Positions 36,961 to 54,100 of a stretch of 64,000 nucleotides of DNA are shown here, piece after piece. Position numbers and translations under genes: made by a program. The first letter of the stretch is position 1; each line of letters opens with the position of its first letter. The DNA comes from Azolla caroliniana (taxonomy: Eukaryota; Plantae; Polypodiophyta): contig JBHGNT010000012.1 of NCBI GenBank assembly GCA_043228905.1, positions 10,106,001 to 10,170,000 on the forward strand, written 5' to 3'. Below the pieces are notes generated by a model, which worked only from the letters and a program-made list of their open reading frames with translations, had not been told where the DNA came from and made no database searches.

Positions 36961-39474
36961 AAGTAATGAAAGCTTGCCCACCATTTATCACCTCATGAAT
37001 AACCAAGGTGCTCACATACCATAGTAGTAAGGCTCATGCACCAAAACGTACTTCATAGTGACAACCTCTAATGTTTTCCTCGTGCCATTCCACTTTGCTT
37101 TCCAAGTTTCAAAGAAGCTCCTCATGCAACACTAAATCTATCAATAGTCTTCCCCTCTCCGACAAATGAGTAAACAATCTAGATTTGCCATATTGCCTAA
37201 GATTCAAAATAGTTAAATTCCAAATATCAATTATAATCAAATCAATACGCACCTTTCCCAACATGTAACTACCATCTACTGAGGAAACATCAATGGCAAA
37301 ACATAATCAAGTGTATACAAGTCATATCACATGCAAAAGTATGTTATCAATACATGTATTCAAAGTATTGAAAATTTATGTTATGCGTACCTACTTTGGT
37401 GTACCTACTTCCTACCCTTAGGGGACATGTAACACATTACATCATCATTTACTATATTAGAGAAACTGAACTTATGCATACATGAAGGTAGGAACCAAAG
37501 AAAGAACTCCAATATTTCATGACATATTACCTTTAGAATTCACATGAACAAGATCAACCATAGCTGCAACCAAGAGATATATCACCTCTAGCAAATGACA
37601 ACATCATAAAGGAAACACGCATGCAAACAATAAATAGATAAACAAAAAAACTTTTATATATCTATACTCAAAAACAAAACAAAGTTATATACACACATAT
37701 ACCTTTATAAGATGAACGGATCTAGACTTATGAGTAGCCACAAGCTAATGAGGAAATAAGTGAATCAAAACATAAGAGATAATGATAACAATTAAATACC
37801 AACATTTATAGATAAGAGTATATCCGCAATTGTGATGTCGAAAGCTCACATGAGGAAATGAATTAGGCATAAGCAATATGAAAGATTGAATGGTAGGAGA
37901 AATATGGCAAGAAGGATAGAAACAAGATGAAATGGTTTAAGATAACAAAAATGTATAGCTCATTTAGCACGAGCTTACACTCAAAATGAAATATCTTGTT
38001 TGAACTACAAGAGATCAAGCACATGTTGATTAGACGAACATGAGGAGTATGCCACCGACATAGCCTTAAACGTCGGTGATTTGTTCGAAGACCACCTCCC
38101 TTGTTCCTCTAGGGGATGATCTTGCTCCTTTGATAATTAATTTGATGAACCGAGCAAACTCTTTTCTATTCTCTTAAGGTAATTAACTTGTTGCATTACT
38201 ACGACAATTGGTAAAAGTGAAAAGTAACACTATTGAGGATTACAGGGAAGCATAACATTCAAAATTGTCCATTTCTCGGCTAAGCTTTGCACAAGAACTA
38301 GAGCATTTCACTAGAATGGATAGGAACTTTCTCAAATGAAAAACCTATGAAATTTATGGATACATTTGCTAATGAGTCTCTCACTTTCACAAAAGGCAAT
38401 GATTATTAGACTTGTTCCTTGAGCAAGTAGATTCATTGATTCCTACATTTTCCATTTCTTTCTCTCGATGTCGACAATGTAGTATTAGAACAACCGATAC
38501 AAAATCATTGCGATGATACAAGTTGCAATAATGCTCTGCAACACACTCATGGAAGATATCACTTAACTACTACAGCTCCAATTAGGTGCAAATTTGAAGT
38601 GTCAAACACCACAAACAAGAACACTCTCTTAAGAAAGATTTGTAGTAGGAACCAACTTTTGCGTTCATTGGCATTATAGTTTGTTTGATCTAATTGATAG
38701 CTTTTTTTCATCAAAGAAGTTTTGGTTCATTTACGACATCAACTAGCTTTATTCTCCTCTTAGAAAGCCTAAATACCTCTTGAAACACTTATCCACACAT
38801 GTATTGAGACGATGGCCTTAATTTCATATTTAACCGACATAGAATGTGTGAATCTCAACAGTCCGTAAAAGCATTTGATGCCTTTGATCGACAAAACGTG
38901 GCTACCATCCCAAGCATATAAACTCTTGTCAAGAAATATTTCCATTGCATGTTCAAGAATTTACATAGCGAAGACAACAATTGTGCATGCATCTAGAGGA
39001 CTCGGAAACCTATCCAAATTCATGCCCAAAAAAATCAAAGAATCTTTGTCTATTCATTATATATATAGATAGAGAGATAGAGAGAAAGAGAGAGAATCAA
39101 CTTTTTCAGCAATCATGAGAATTGATATGCGACACATGTAAACATAATAACCAAGCCTCGCACCACTTCATTAGGAAGGATGTTATTTTTGCGATCCTTA
39201 ATTTCCTTTTCATCACGAACCCCTTCGAATTCCGGTCAACGGTCAACGTAAACTTGAACTGTAGTCAATGTGCATTGACTAAAACCCACTTGACTTCTTG
39301 TCAACTAAATTGATATGTTGCGTGTAGCATCTCCTTGACTCTTGATAGATAGCATTGACATGGCACACATAACATTGACCTGTGAACTAGACCAAGAACA
39401 TATTGAACATTGACATTGACTTTCTACTATATACTCCAATCTACCATATTATATGTGGGATTTTCTGATTCACT

Positions 39475-43967
<4,493 letters not shown>

Positions 43968-44904
43968 CCATGTGGTTTATCCTAGATAGAAATCAAAATG
44001 CACATTCTCAATGTACCCACTCCAAAGAGAACCAGTTTGTATACATAGATGGATGAATATTCCTATCATCCCAGTGAACAAACCCAAAACATAATCCATG
44101 TGCTTCTTCCAAGAGAGAAATAGGAATGTGCATATGCATATGCATACACATACACATACACAGAACACACACATACATAATGCATATGTACATATCCATA
44201 TACATATATACACACTCACATATATATATATATATATAAATGTACGCATATATATACTTAGATGAATACCACATATTAAATGCATGACAAATTACAATCA
44301 TGGTTTGGAAATAATAAAAAATAGGTACAAAAACTGTGATAATTAAAAGGATACCTGGATTAAAAGGTTTTGCACAAAACAATTGTCCTCAGACAAGCCT
44401 GAAAGTTCGATCATGACGTGGTCATGGAATCCGATTCGATGCGTAAGGGCTGAGATCGATTCAGAGTTTTTTTGGCATCAGCGCTTCTTCAGCTATACGT
44501 AACGAAGATGTGGCTGAATTGACTCGATGTGGTGTACATATAGTTTCTATGCTGAAAAAATGGGGCCAAGATTGGATCGATGGATCTCCCAAACAGGGTG
44601 ATAGCTCCGAGGGAGAATCTCTTCTCTTCTCAGTCTCTGTCAATGGATAATTCACCCATACAGATTCTCTCTGTCTCTGTCTTCTGTGAGTATCTATCTA
44701 TCTCTGTGTGATAATGACACGCGACAGAGAGACGCAACGATTAACGAAGGGAACCAACCCCCCATCGACCGTTGCGCTCTTTTCTTCTCTCCTCTATATG
44801 TACGTAGTACATACATACATATGTATTTCAAACACACACATACACACAAAAAAAAAACAAACAAACAAATAAATAAATAAAGCAAAAGGAAAAGCCTTGT
44901 TCGC

Positions 44905-45053
44905 ATTTTTATATTGAGAGAATGTAGAGAGGGGGTAATTTTATATAAAGCACCTCCCTCCTTCCTTTGTACTTGGTTGATTGCTAGTTTATTTTCTTAT
45001 TCCTTGATTAATATACATTTGAGTCTTCTATCATCTATCTATCTTGTGTCTCT

Positions 45054-45109
<56 letters not shown>

Positions 45110-46774
45110 TAAACATATATCTAATCTATTCCGTCTAACATAGTTACTCAACATAATTACTTACATGGTATCAACGTGCATTGGTAGTTCGATCTAGCCT
45201 ATCCGCGTGTGTGGTGTTCTACACCAACGTTCAAGAAGAACCAGCTCATCACTATCGTAGTGCCATTACATAGTTCACATCTAAGGAAGAAGAAGAAGAA
45301 GGAAATCCTCATGGACATCATGAACACTCAAATGGGTAGCTCTCTCCCCAACCAGAAGTTGGACCGAAACAACTTTGCATCTTGGGAATACAAGATGCAC
45401 CAATACCTTGTCGGCCAAGGTTATTGGAGCTACATCAAAGGAGCACAAGAAAATCAGACCCAACGGATGTTGAATACCCAACATGGGAGCAAGCGGGGAG
45501 TCGAGTGATGTATTGCTTGGCGAGACATGTGTCTATGACTACATGTTTGGCTACATTCGGGAAGCCAAGACGCCGAAAGGAGCTTGGGAGAATCTCAAGA
45601 AAACATTCGCCGCCAATACGACAACACGCAAGCTTTAACTCTGCCAAGAGTTTAACAATGTCCAACAAAGGGACATGTCCATCGCAAGCTACACCTTGAA
45701 GATCAACGAGGTTTGTGATTCACTCGGCTCAATAACCGTCAATGTGGAGGATGATGAAATGGTGCAAATATGCCTAGGCAGCCTCTAGTCTGCCTCTAGT
45801 CCAATCGGCACGTCTAATTTAGAAGATGTATGGTTTGTCGACTCCGACACCTCAAATCGCATGACGTCTCACGAAGAATGGTTTTGTGAATTGAGAAAAC
45901 CCTATCGACCCGGCTATGTGGAGACTAGGGATGACCCTACACATCTGATTCGACATGTCGGCAATGTCTCATTTGGGAGAGAAGACAACAAAACCTACAT
46001 CAAGAATGTCTTGCATGTTCCGACCATAACGAAGAATTTGGTCTCGGTCAACCAAATCATGGAGCAAGGCATGCAAGTTCAATTCAACCAAGGCGGTTGA
46101 TTCATTGAAAAGGAAGACCAACACATCGCTCGTGGTCGGAGAGAAGGTCGAATGTTTATCCTCAAGTCGAACGATGTAAATTTGGCCATGTTCGCAAAGA
46201 GCCATAAAGCCGACGCTGACATAGAGCTATGGTACAAAAGAATCAACCATATCAATCTCCAAAAGTTGAAGGGCATGTTGTCAAAAGGTGTTGTCGTCGA
46301 ACTCCAGACTTTCAAAGACATGGGGATCGAAGGCATATGTGCAACTTGTCAATTTGGCAAACAACATCGACAACCATTCCCAGAAGAGAGGAACGCAAGC
46401 AAAGAACTCTTGGACGTAATGCACTCAGATGTATGGGGACCTACATAGATTGCAACATTCGAAGGATGTTGTTGAGAATCAAGCTCAACTTGGTCTAGTG
46501 TGTGAACTCACCTTGAGAGTGAATAGACACTCCAACGGTCAAGAGTCACCATTATGTCACCTCTTTGTATTCTAGCATTTAGTATGAGTCATAGAATCAT
46601 ATTCTAAGACACATAACTTATGAGCTTTCACATTCCCCATGCTCCATGAGTCTTGTAGTTAATGAAGAGAGAGGGTTGACTATATAAAGCACCCTCCTCC
46701 CACCTTGTATTTAGTTGAGTCCCTTCTCCTATGTTAATATACTTTACCTTGCGTATTCTCTGTGTCTTACTCCT

Positions 46775-46872
<98 letters not shown>

Positions 46873-47239
46873 CACACCTATTCCGCTGCACAAGAATCAT
46901 ACCCGATTCTTTACAGATGTTGATATTATGTTACCTTTATCGACAAGTTCTCTAGGCACACTTGGGTCTTCCCCATGAGGCAAAAAAGTGAAGTGTTCGC
47001 ACACTTCCAAAAATTAAAAAGTGACGTAAAAAAGGAAACAGGTCGGCATGTTCGATGCCTTTGGTCAAACAGAGGAAAAGAGTACTTCTCCGACGGATTT
47101 TTGGCCTATCTCTAGAAAGAAGGAATCAGCGAGAGTTTACGTGCCGACACACACCGCAACAGAATGGAGTGGCCGAACGCAAAAATTGGCACATCCTCGA
47201 AGTAGCAAGGGCAATGATGAACGAAAAGAATCTACCAAA
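44905..47239 (+). mobile_element. Degenerate Ty1/Copia F (LTR remnant ending 45165, PBS TGGTATCA, gag-PR-INT)
   Basis: KLDRNNFASWEYKM, NVLHVPTITKNLVSV, CATCQFGKQHR, QQNGVAERKN; left boundary approximate. Confidence 0.82.
46470..46915 (+). mobile_element. Solo LTR (446 bp) in the integrase of F
   Basis: TG...CA, TSD GATGT (46465-46469 and 46916-46920); resembles F's own LTR around TATATAAAGCACC. Confidence 0.9.
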
Positions 47240-47513
47240 TGTTTGCATAAAAGGCACACTCCTTCCACTTTGTATCCTTAGTGTGAATACATTCACTAGT
47301 TAGGGCTTTAGTATATATAAGCCCAACCCTAACATTGTAGAGATAGAGTTTTATAGAAGAGAATAAAACAGAGTCTCCATTAGAGCAAGTTAATGATATC
47401 TATCCTACCTTCTATCTTCTTGCATATTTTTTCTATGTTGTTTGTTGTACACATCTGTTGCCGGTTCTCACACATTGTTCTGCATAACTTATTCAACATT
47501 TTGGTATCAGAGC
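47240..47513 (+). mobile_element. 5' LTR (47240-47498) plus tRNA-iMet PBS (47502-47513) of another truncated element
   Basis: TG...CAACA then TGGTATCAGAGC; interrupts the F integrase. Confidence 0.75.
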
Positions 47514-47681
47514 GACTTGTTGTTCAACGACAACAAACAACAGAATAAGTGAGAAGAGAAGTTGTCCAATTGAAAGAAAAGACCAAGCCAACAACATCTA
47601 CCTTCTAGAAGATGGCTTCAACATACTCCCGAACTTTGAGGTGGCCTTACGAGTGTGTGTCATTGTAGGACCAAACCCTAC

Positions 47682-47716
<35 letters not shown>

Positions 47717-47999
47717 AACAGACTGACCAAGTGACACATTCGAGATCTTCTCCAAGTCTGCTTTCGTACAACTCTACATAGGAGAATGAAGTTATAGTTA
47801 ATGTATTAAATACGGCCTTGGGACAATTCGATTGTGACCTATAATATCCTTGTACATTCATATTGAATTTGTTATTTGAATTCGAACCTCATTCGATGGA
47901 TGATGATCCACTATTTTCTGTAGTAATTGTTTTATTTTCAATTTTCTATGTTTATTATCTTCCCCGATTTAGTACTAAATTTTTGGCCAAAAGTTGGTA

Positions 48000-48925
48000 C
48001 ACGGTAGCATGCTTCCACCCAACTGAATTTAGGTGGTAAGACAACTTGTACGAATTAAAGGTTGGGATGCTAATTGCTACAACTGTAGATAACGATCACC
48101 TCGGCCACCAATTCTGGATTGGTAAAGTTGTAGATGTAGTGATGCATGACAGCATATCGCTAATCAATCAAGTCTATAAAGGTGCACTGGTACAACAGTA
48201 GAAGCAAGAATGCATTTACATGCAAGTACACACTGGAGAGGATGGAATGCTCAATGTCAAGAGGAAATAGAAGGAGGAAAAGAAATATTCGAAACCCATC
48301 GACCATTGACATCAGTGAGGTGTATATAATTGTGTACGATTTTACACTAACAAAAGTTGGACGTCTAAGGAAGCCAACAATAAACATAATAAAAGAGAAA
48401 TTGCCAAGCTTACAAGGCTTCTCAGATCGAAGACGAACTAGGTCAGATGAACCTAATCTGGAGTCACACCATTTGGTTTTAGACAAACACAATGCTTTGA
48501 TCTTCATTGTATATTAGTTACAATAGTGATTCTCATAAAAAGAGTGGTGATATTGACGCAAATTAGTACTGAGTGTATTTTTGGCATTAGAACGAGTCCA
48601 ATTTAAGCTTGTAAGATGTTGGCTGATATAAATGTTTGTTGTTTTGAACTCTATCACTTCTAGTGAAGTAAGTTTGTCATAATAACAATTACTTGTAATT
48701 ATTATGAAAAAATATACAATGCAATTTTTTGTATTTTGTCATTTTTTTGTGTTTTTTCAATTTTAGCAAAAGGTGTTTTTTTAAGCTTTTCTATAGAATC
48801 TTTGAGAATGTGTGATACTAGTATCAATGAGTTTTGTAATATAAGTGAAAAAGTACTAAAATCAAACTGAATATTCCTTATCCTTCCATTTGTGCGATAT
48901 CCTTCCACTTGTGAACGCGAACGTG
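48000..48925 (+). mobile_element. 3' remnant of a putative DNA transposon ending at a TTAA site
   Basis: Degenerate ORF (LKVGMLIA...FWIGKV...VHWY...VYDFTLTKVGRLRK); ends ...GCGAACGTG followed by TTAA (48926-48929), where Copia G sequence resumes; left end not defined. Confidence 0.45.
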
Positions 48926-48929
48926 TTAA

Positions 48930-50368
48930 GTCCAAATGGGACAGTGTGAATCCATCCATTATTTCATGTATTCGACATGGGGGTCACATGAAATGTGGCT
49001 CCCAAATCGAGTAGCCATGTTTGTACATCATGTGCATTGTATACAATCACTCCGATTGACGAGCCTTCAAATGAGAGGATTTCTCCAAACCGAGATTCGG
49101 CAACGTTTACTTCATTGGCGATTGGGGAATGGTTTAAATCGGATGATCCCGAATTCCGATCGAATTTCTGCCCATTTCCCATTTTGTTGATCAACCAACA
49201 ATCGGTAATGTTGTGGTCGCCTTTCTACAGTGTGTAGTACGCATTCGGCTTGCCATTTTGTGATTTCGACCGTGGATGATTGTTTCTCCTCCTCAACTGG
49301 CTTGGACTTATGCCGGTTCTCTGAGTTGTATTGGTCGAAAATGGGCTTCAGCAACATTGTCAATGGAGAGTTCCAATGATCTTCAATTGATGTCTTCCGA
49401 CAATATCGTCCCAAATTGTCTAGTGTTAACTTCTACATGTTATTGGTGATGGTTGTACAAAAGACCTCCCAGCTTGCTAGAAAGCTCAAGAGAAGTGTAA
49501 AGGCTTTGATTTCTTCCTCAAAGTTCAGCCCTTATAAGGAGAGTTCAGCCAACACCCAGCTAAAGGTGTTGATGCGAGAAATCGTCAACTCCGTCTCTTT
49601 CATCTTCATATTGAACAATTGCCCCCCAATTGCCGAATCAATATGAGTTTGGACGAGGATGATTTCTTTTCATATATCGCTTGCAACTTCTCCCATAGGG
49701 TGTATGTCGATGTCTCATTGGTTATACTTTCAGTCAACTGCATTCGAATGGTTGAACTTGCAATTTCATCCGGAGATCGCCATTCATATGTTGTCATTGA
49801 GGCCAAATTGCCTTGATTTGATGCTGGATGATCAATACATCCTACATCATCTCCTTTTAGAGGGCAAAAATTTTGCTATCAAATGTTTTGATCTTGTAAC
49901 CGGTGTTGGATGTCAAGGCCATCATTCTTGTGGAAGTGAGTGCTTGACCTTGTCCTTTCCTTTAGACGATTTTCCTACTCCTTGTGTTGTTGTTGCTGAA
50001 TTCCAAAGTTGCTCTAATACCAGTTTGCAAGACACTGTATATGTCTTAACTGAGTATTGTGGGTTGATGTGCCGGCTAATGCGGAATAGCAAAATAGGAT
50101 CTTTGAATATGTAGGCAAATCAAAACACAATAGAGAATATGGTGCACTGTTCAAAATACTCAGACATTATATGTAGAGAGATGAAGACAACAATTATACA
50201 GAGGAAATGCAGTTACAGCTCAAGAATACTATCTCATCATAAATCCCATGAACTCTCTTTAAAAGATTTGCTTCCTCATTCTCATAGTTAGGGTAATTGA
50301 GCCCCAACTTTGAGGACGTGTTCACACTAGGCTACATATATGGGCAGAGTGGGACTTTTAGCCCAACA
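48930..50368 (-). mobile_element. Degenerate Ty1/Copia G, 5' part (LTR about 50026-50368, PBS 50011-50022, gag, PR)
   Basis: LWEKLQAIYEKKSSSSKLILIRQL, WLLDLGATFHVTP, TGGTATTAGAGC. Confidence 0.78.
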
Positions 50369-50559
50369 CTAAGTTTCCTCTTTTTTTAAGTTCTTTGGTT
50401 TAAGGCAAGCATAACTTAGTCTTTTCTTGTGTTTCATTGGGGGTATAGTTTTGATATTAAAAACCACATGATATAATCAACATTACTCCGGTCTTTAATA
50501 TACATGGGCTATATACATATATATATATATTTCATATCATTGTCCCCTAAAAATATTGT

Positions 50560-50594
<35 letters not shown>

Positions 50595-51110
50595 GTGTGG
50601 CAGGTTGCTATCAAATATGAAAACAAATCTTTGCAAACAGCTTTATGTGTTTTTTTTTTCTTTCCATAAAACATTGCTTGAAAGCCAATGATAACAAGAG
50701 ATCAGCAAGCAATGTGTTTGACGATGCCCTCTGTTATTGGGGGGTGTGTGTGCGTGGTGGGCGACTAGATGCATGAAATTACATATGTATATGGAGAAAC
50801 CTCATTTAAACCTTGGCTCAAAAAAAAAAAAAAACACACACACACAGAGGAAGAAGCAAAGGAGGAACGGAACAGGGGAGGCAGGGCATGAACAGGAAAT
50901 AAAGACTCTACAGACTATGTATGTAGTATGTATGTATCTAATACATAACATAAGAGAAATCAACGTCCACACCATTCCAATGTAATGTAATGGAATAATG
51001 GAATGGATTGGTAAGAGGTATGCTTGAGAGTGTTTTCTTTACTGGAAGAAAGAGAGAGCAGACAGAGAAACGAAGGAGCCGAGCCCAGCGCAGCAGAAAG
51101 AGATGGAAGC

Positions 51111-54100
51111 ATGAGGAGTGGCGATTGCCCCAATAATAACTACAGCAGCAGCAGCATCAGCAGTAGTGAGAAGGAGAAGGACAAGGACAAGGACAAGGAC
51201 GTCCATCGCTTACTCTCTTGCTTCCACAAAGGCATCTCTCCTACCTCTCTCTCACGTAAGAAATCCTCTGCAGTTCCCATTTTAATCTACATTTATATCA
51301 TCTCTTCAGGCATAGGCCTTTTGAGAACGAGTTTCTATGAGATTTTTCACCTTCAGATAAAGACCTCCCACTATATTGTAAGTTTTAGAAAGTTTGAAAT
51401 GAACTTTTTCTATTTTATTTTGAGATAGGTTTGCAAGCTTAGTAGCTTATGAGATTCATTTATTTTCTTGGGTTGTTTTGAGAGATAGTAAAAAAGTATA
51501 TCCCATCAATGTGGTAGATTTTACATTCTGTTAAATCAAATATTTCTATAAATCTTTTCGTTATATCAAGTACATCTTGTATGGAAGTAAACAAAATTTT
51601 CAACCGTAGAAGGGTATGCTGAAGGTTGGTTTTGAGAAAGTGTTCTTACTTTGTCAGAATCTATCTATTTATTTGGTTGATCGGATGACACTTTGCATTC
51701 GATCTATTCCAATTACGGGATACCACAAGACGTGCTCCATTATGGGAAAGAACTTCTACATAGAAATCTGCGTACACTCATGCTTTTATAGTCACGCCAT
51801 TTTCTAAGAAAGGTGGTTGTCATGGTACTAAGTCAAGAAATTATGTGTAGGAAATATACTCTCATGCTACTATATCAAGAGATTTTACATAGAAGATAAA
51901 AGTTTCATGGCATCAAATCAATGACTACTGCCATGTTTCTGAATTTCATTCTAAGCAATGAAAGAAAATCTAGCTGTTTGTTCTTAGTGCTGGGGCCCCA
52001 TAATAGATTTATGAATGGCCGATCTCTGTATCTAGGTTATGCAGTTGATCTTCTGCTATCTGAGCACCCACTGAAGAGGTGAAATTTGCATTTCTACTTT
52101 ATTGTATTTTGACATTCCATTTGGCTGTTTTGTTTTGACAGTTCAGTTGAACTTGTAGTTTCAACTCTTAGTTTGCGTTCATGAAATGCACCTCTCTGGT
52201 TTCTTGGTTGATGCACATATAAACTTTTGGTTTGTGCTTGTGAAGTTATACACATGCATATAAATTGGAATAACTTCTGATAATAACTGAACTGCTATTG
52301 CTATGTTTGTCATTAGTTAATTGACTTTGATATAAGGTCATGTTAAATACTCCTTTATACTTGTTTCGTTCATTGCATTATTTTCTTATGCATGTCTGTT
52401 TCTGGCTCATATTCGTTTTAATCACTGCCTGTAGGTAGTTACTCAAAACGATGCTCAATAAGCCCTCTAAGTAACAAAACTCTTGATACTCTGAGGAATG
52501 AAGCTTCTTCTACTACTTCACTTGAAGGTGATTTTACTGTATCCAATCTATTCATTTACATTCGACTTGTCTTAATTGTTCGTCTGATTATAAATGATAG
52601 ATTTTGCAGATGGTTTTGTTACACCAGAGGTGAAGAGTGTAAAATGTAAACCCATAACCAAAGAGATAAGTCCAGGTGTGTTTTATGGCTCACCTGCTGG
52701 GAAGTGTGGTAAACGCCCTCCACAAGTATTACGCCTTTTGCATGAAATTCGAAGAGATCTTGCAGCTGAAGGATACTCCTTCTCAAGGTTTCTTGGGATA
52801 ACTATTCTACTATCATTACATCATTTCCGATGACATAAACTAGAACCTATTTAATGCTTGGTCATTTTTCTTGCTTGCAGAGAAGCGATATGGGTCACTT
52901 TTGCTAAACAGGACCAAGCTATCCAATTTGTGCAAAGTCATGGCAGAAAAGATATTGCTATATTCACTTACCAAGACCACTTTACGGGGCAACGGCGATT
53001 TTTAGCTACAACTTATAAAGAATTCTGGTTCAGGCATGGATTATGACTTATAAGCCATATTGGGCTTTATGTTCTTGAGAACAATTTCAATATGTGCAGA
53101 TGCAAGTAAATGACTAGGTTCATAATGATGTTATTAAGTTGATATGAGTAAAATTTGCAGGTATGAAACAGTGCCACCAGAGTATCGACATCACTATGAG
53201 ATAATCACAGAGGTGAGGATTATTTATAGCTTAGCATGGGATGTGAATTTGTGGTACCCCACTTCATGAGCCAAAATTTTATATAAGTGTGTATTTATTA
53301 TTGCCTTCAAAATAAAAGTTGGGCAATTCCAAATATTGTTGTAGAAAAATGGAAAACAAGCTATAACCCTCTAAATTCTCCCATATCTAAAGAGGGAATG
53401 ATTATAATTACAAGATATAGCCTTACGGAATGATTAAAATTACAAATATGGCCGTTATGTGATGATTAAAACTACACATATATATAGTCTCGTAAATAAG
53501 AGGAAATTGGCAAATGTAGCAATATTGCAGTTATGTGGGCTTTGCTTTTCATGTAGACTCAAGTTATAGTTTTTAAGCCTCAAAATTTATACCATTGGCA
53601 TCCTTGTGCCAGTAAGTCCCAATCAAACAAAACTCTAATTGTTGTGGTTGTACTTTCATTTAGCTTTTATACAATAGACTGATAGCAGGAAAGCCAAGGT
53701 ATTAATCTAATTACCTGCATACAAGGAGTTATTCTGATCTTCGTGTAAGATGAGAATGTATTTAAGGCAGTGGCGCACTAGGACATAAACATGACACACA
53801 AGTGCATTGCTTCCATTTTATATTTTTTTACTATCTTCATTCTTTTTAGATATATACTAGTATTGTTACTGTATATGATGGTATAGAGTTGAGAAGATCA
53901 ATCCTCCACAACAATGTCGTGTCAAACAATAATTGATACTGCTTAATCATGTCTAGTCATTGTTCAATACCATTGTGGGAGAGTTTTTGGGGTGGTCCAC
54001 GTGGGTCAACCAGAGAATCTAGAACAAAAGTATGAGAGATTTGGGAGGAAAATTAGGGGTTCGTGAGAATGTAAACGTGGATTGTAATTTGCAGAGTGTT

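Noticed and set aside
38100-39030. Decayed minus-strand reading frame
   Set aside because: Multiple stops and no motif I can assign, so not called as a feature.
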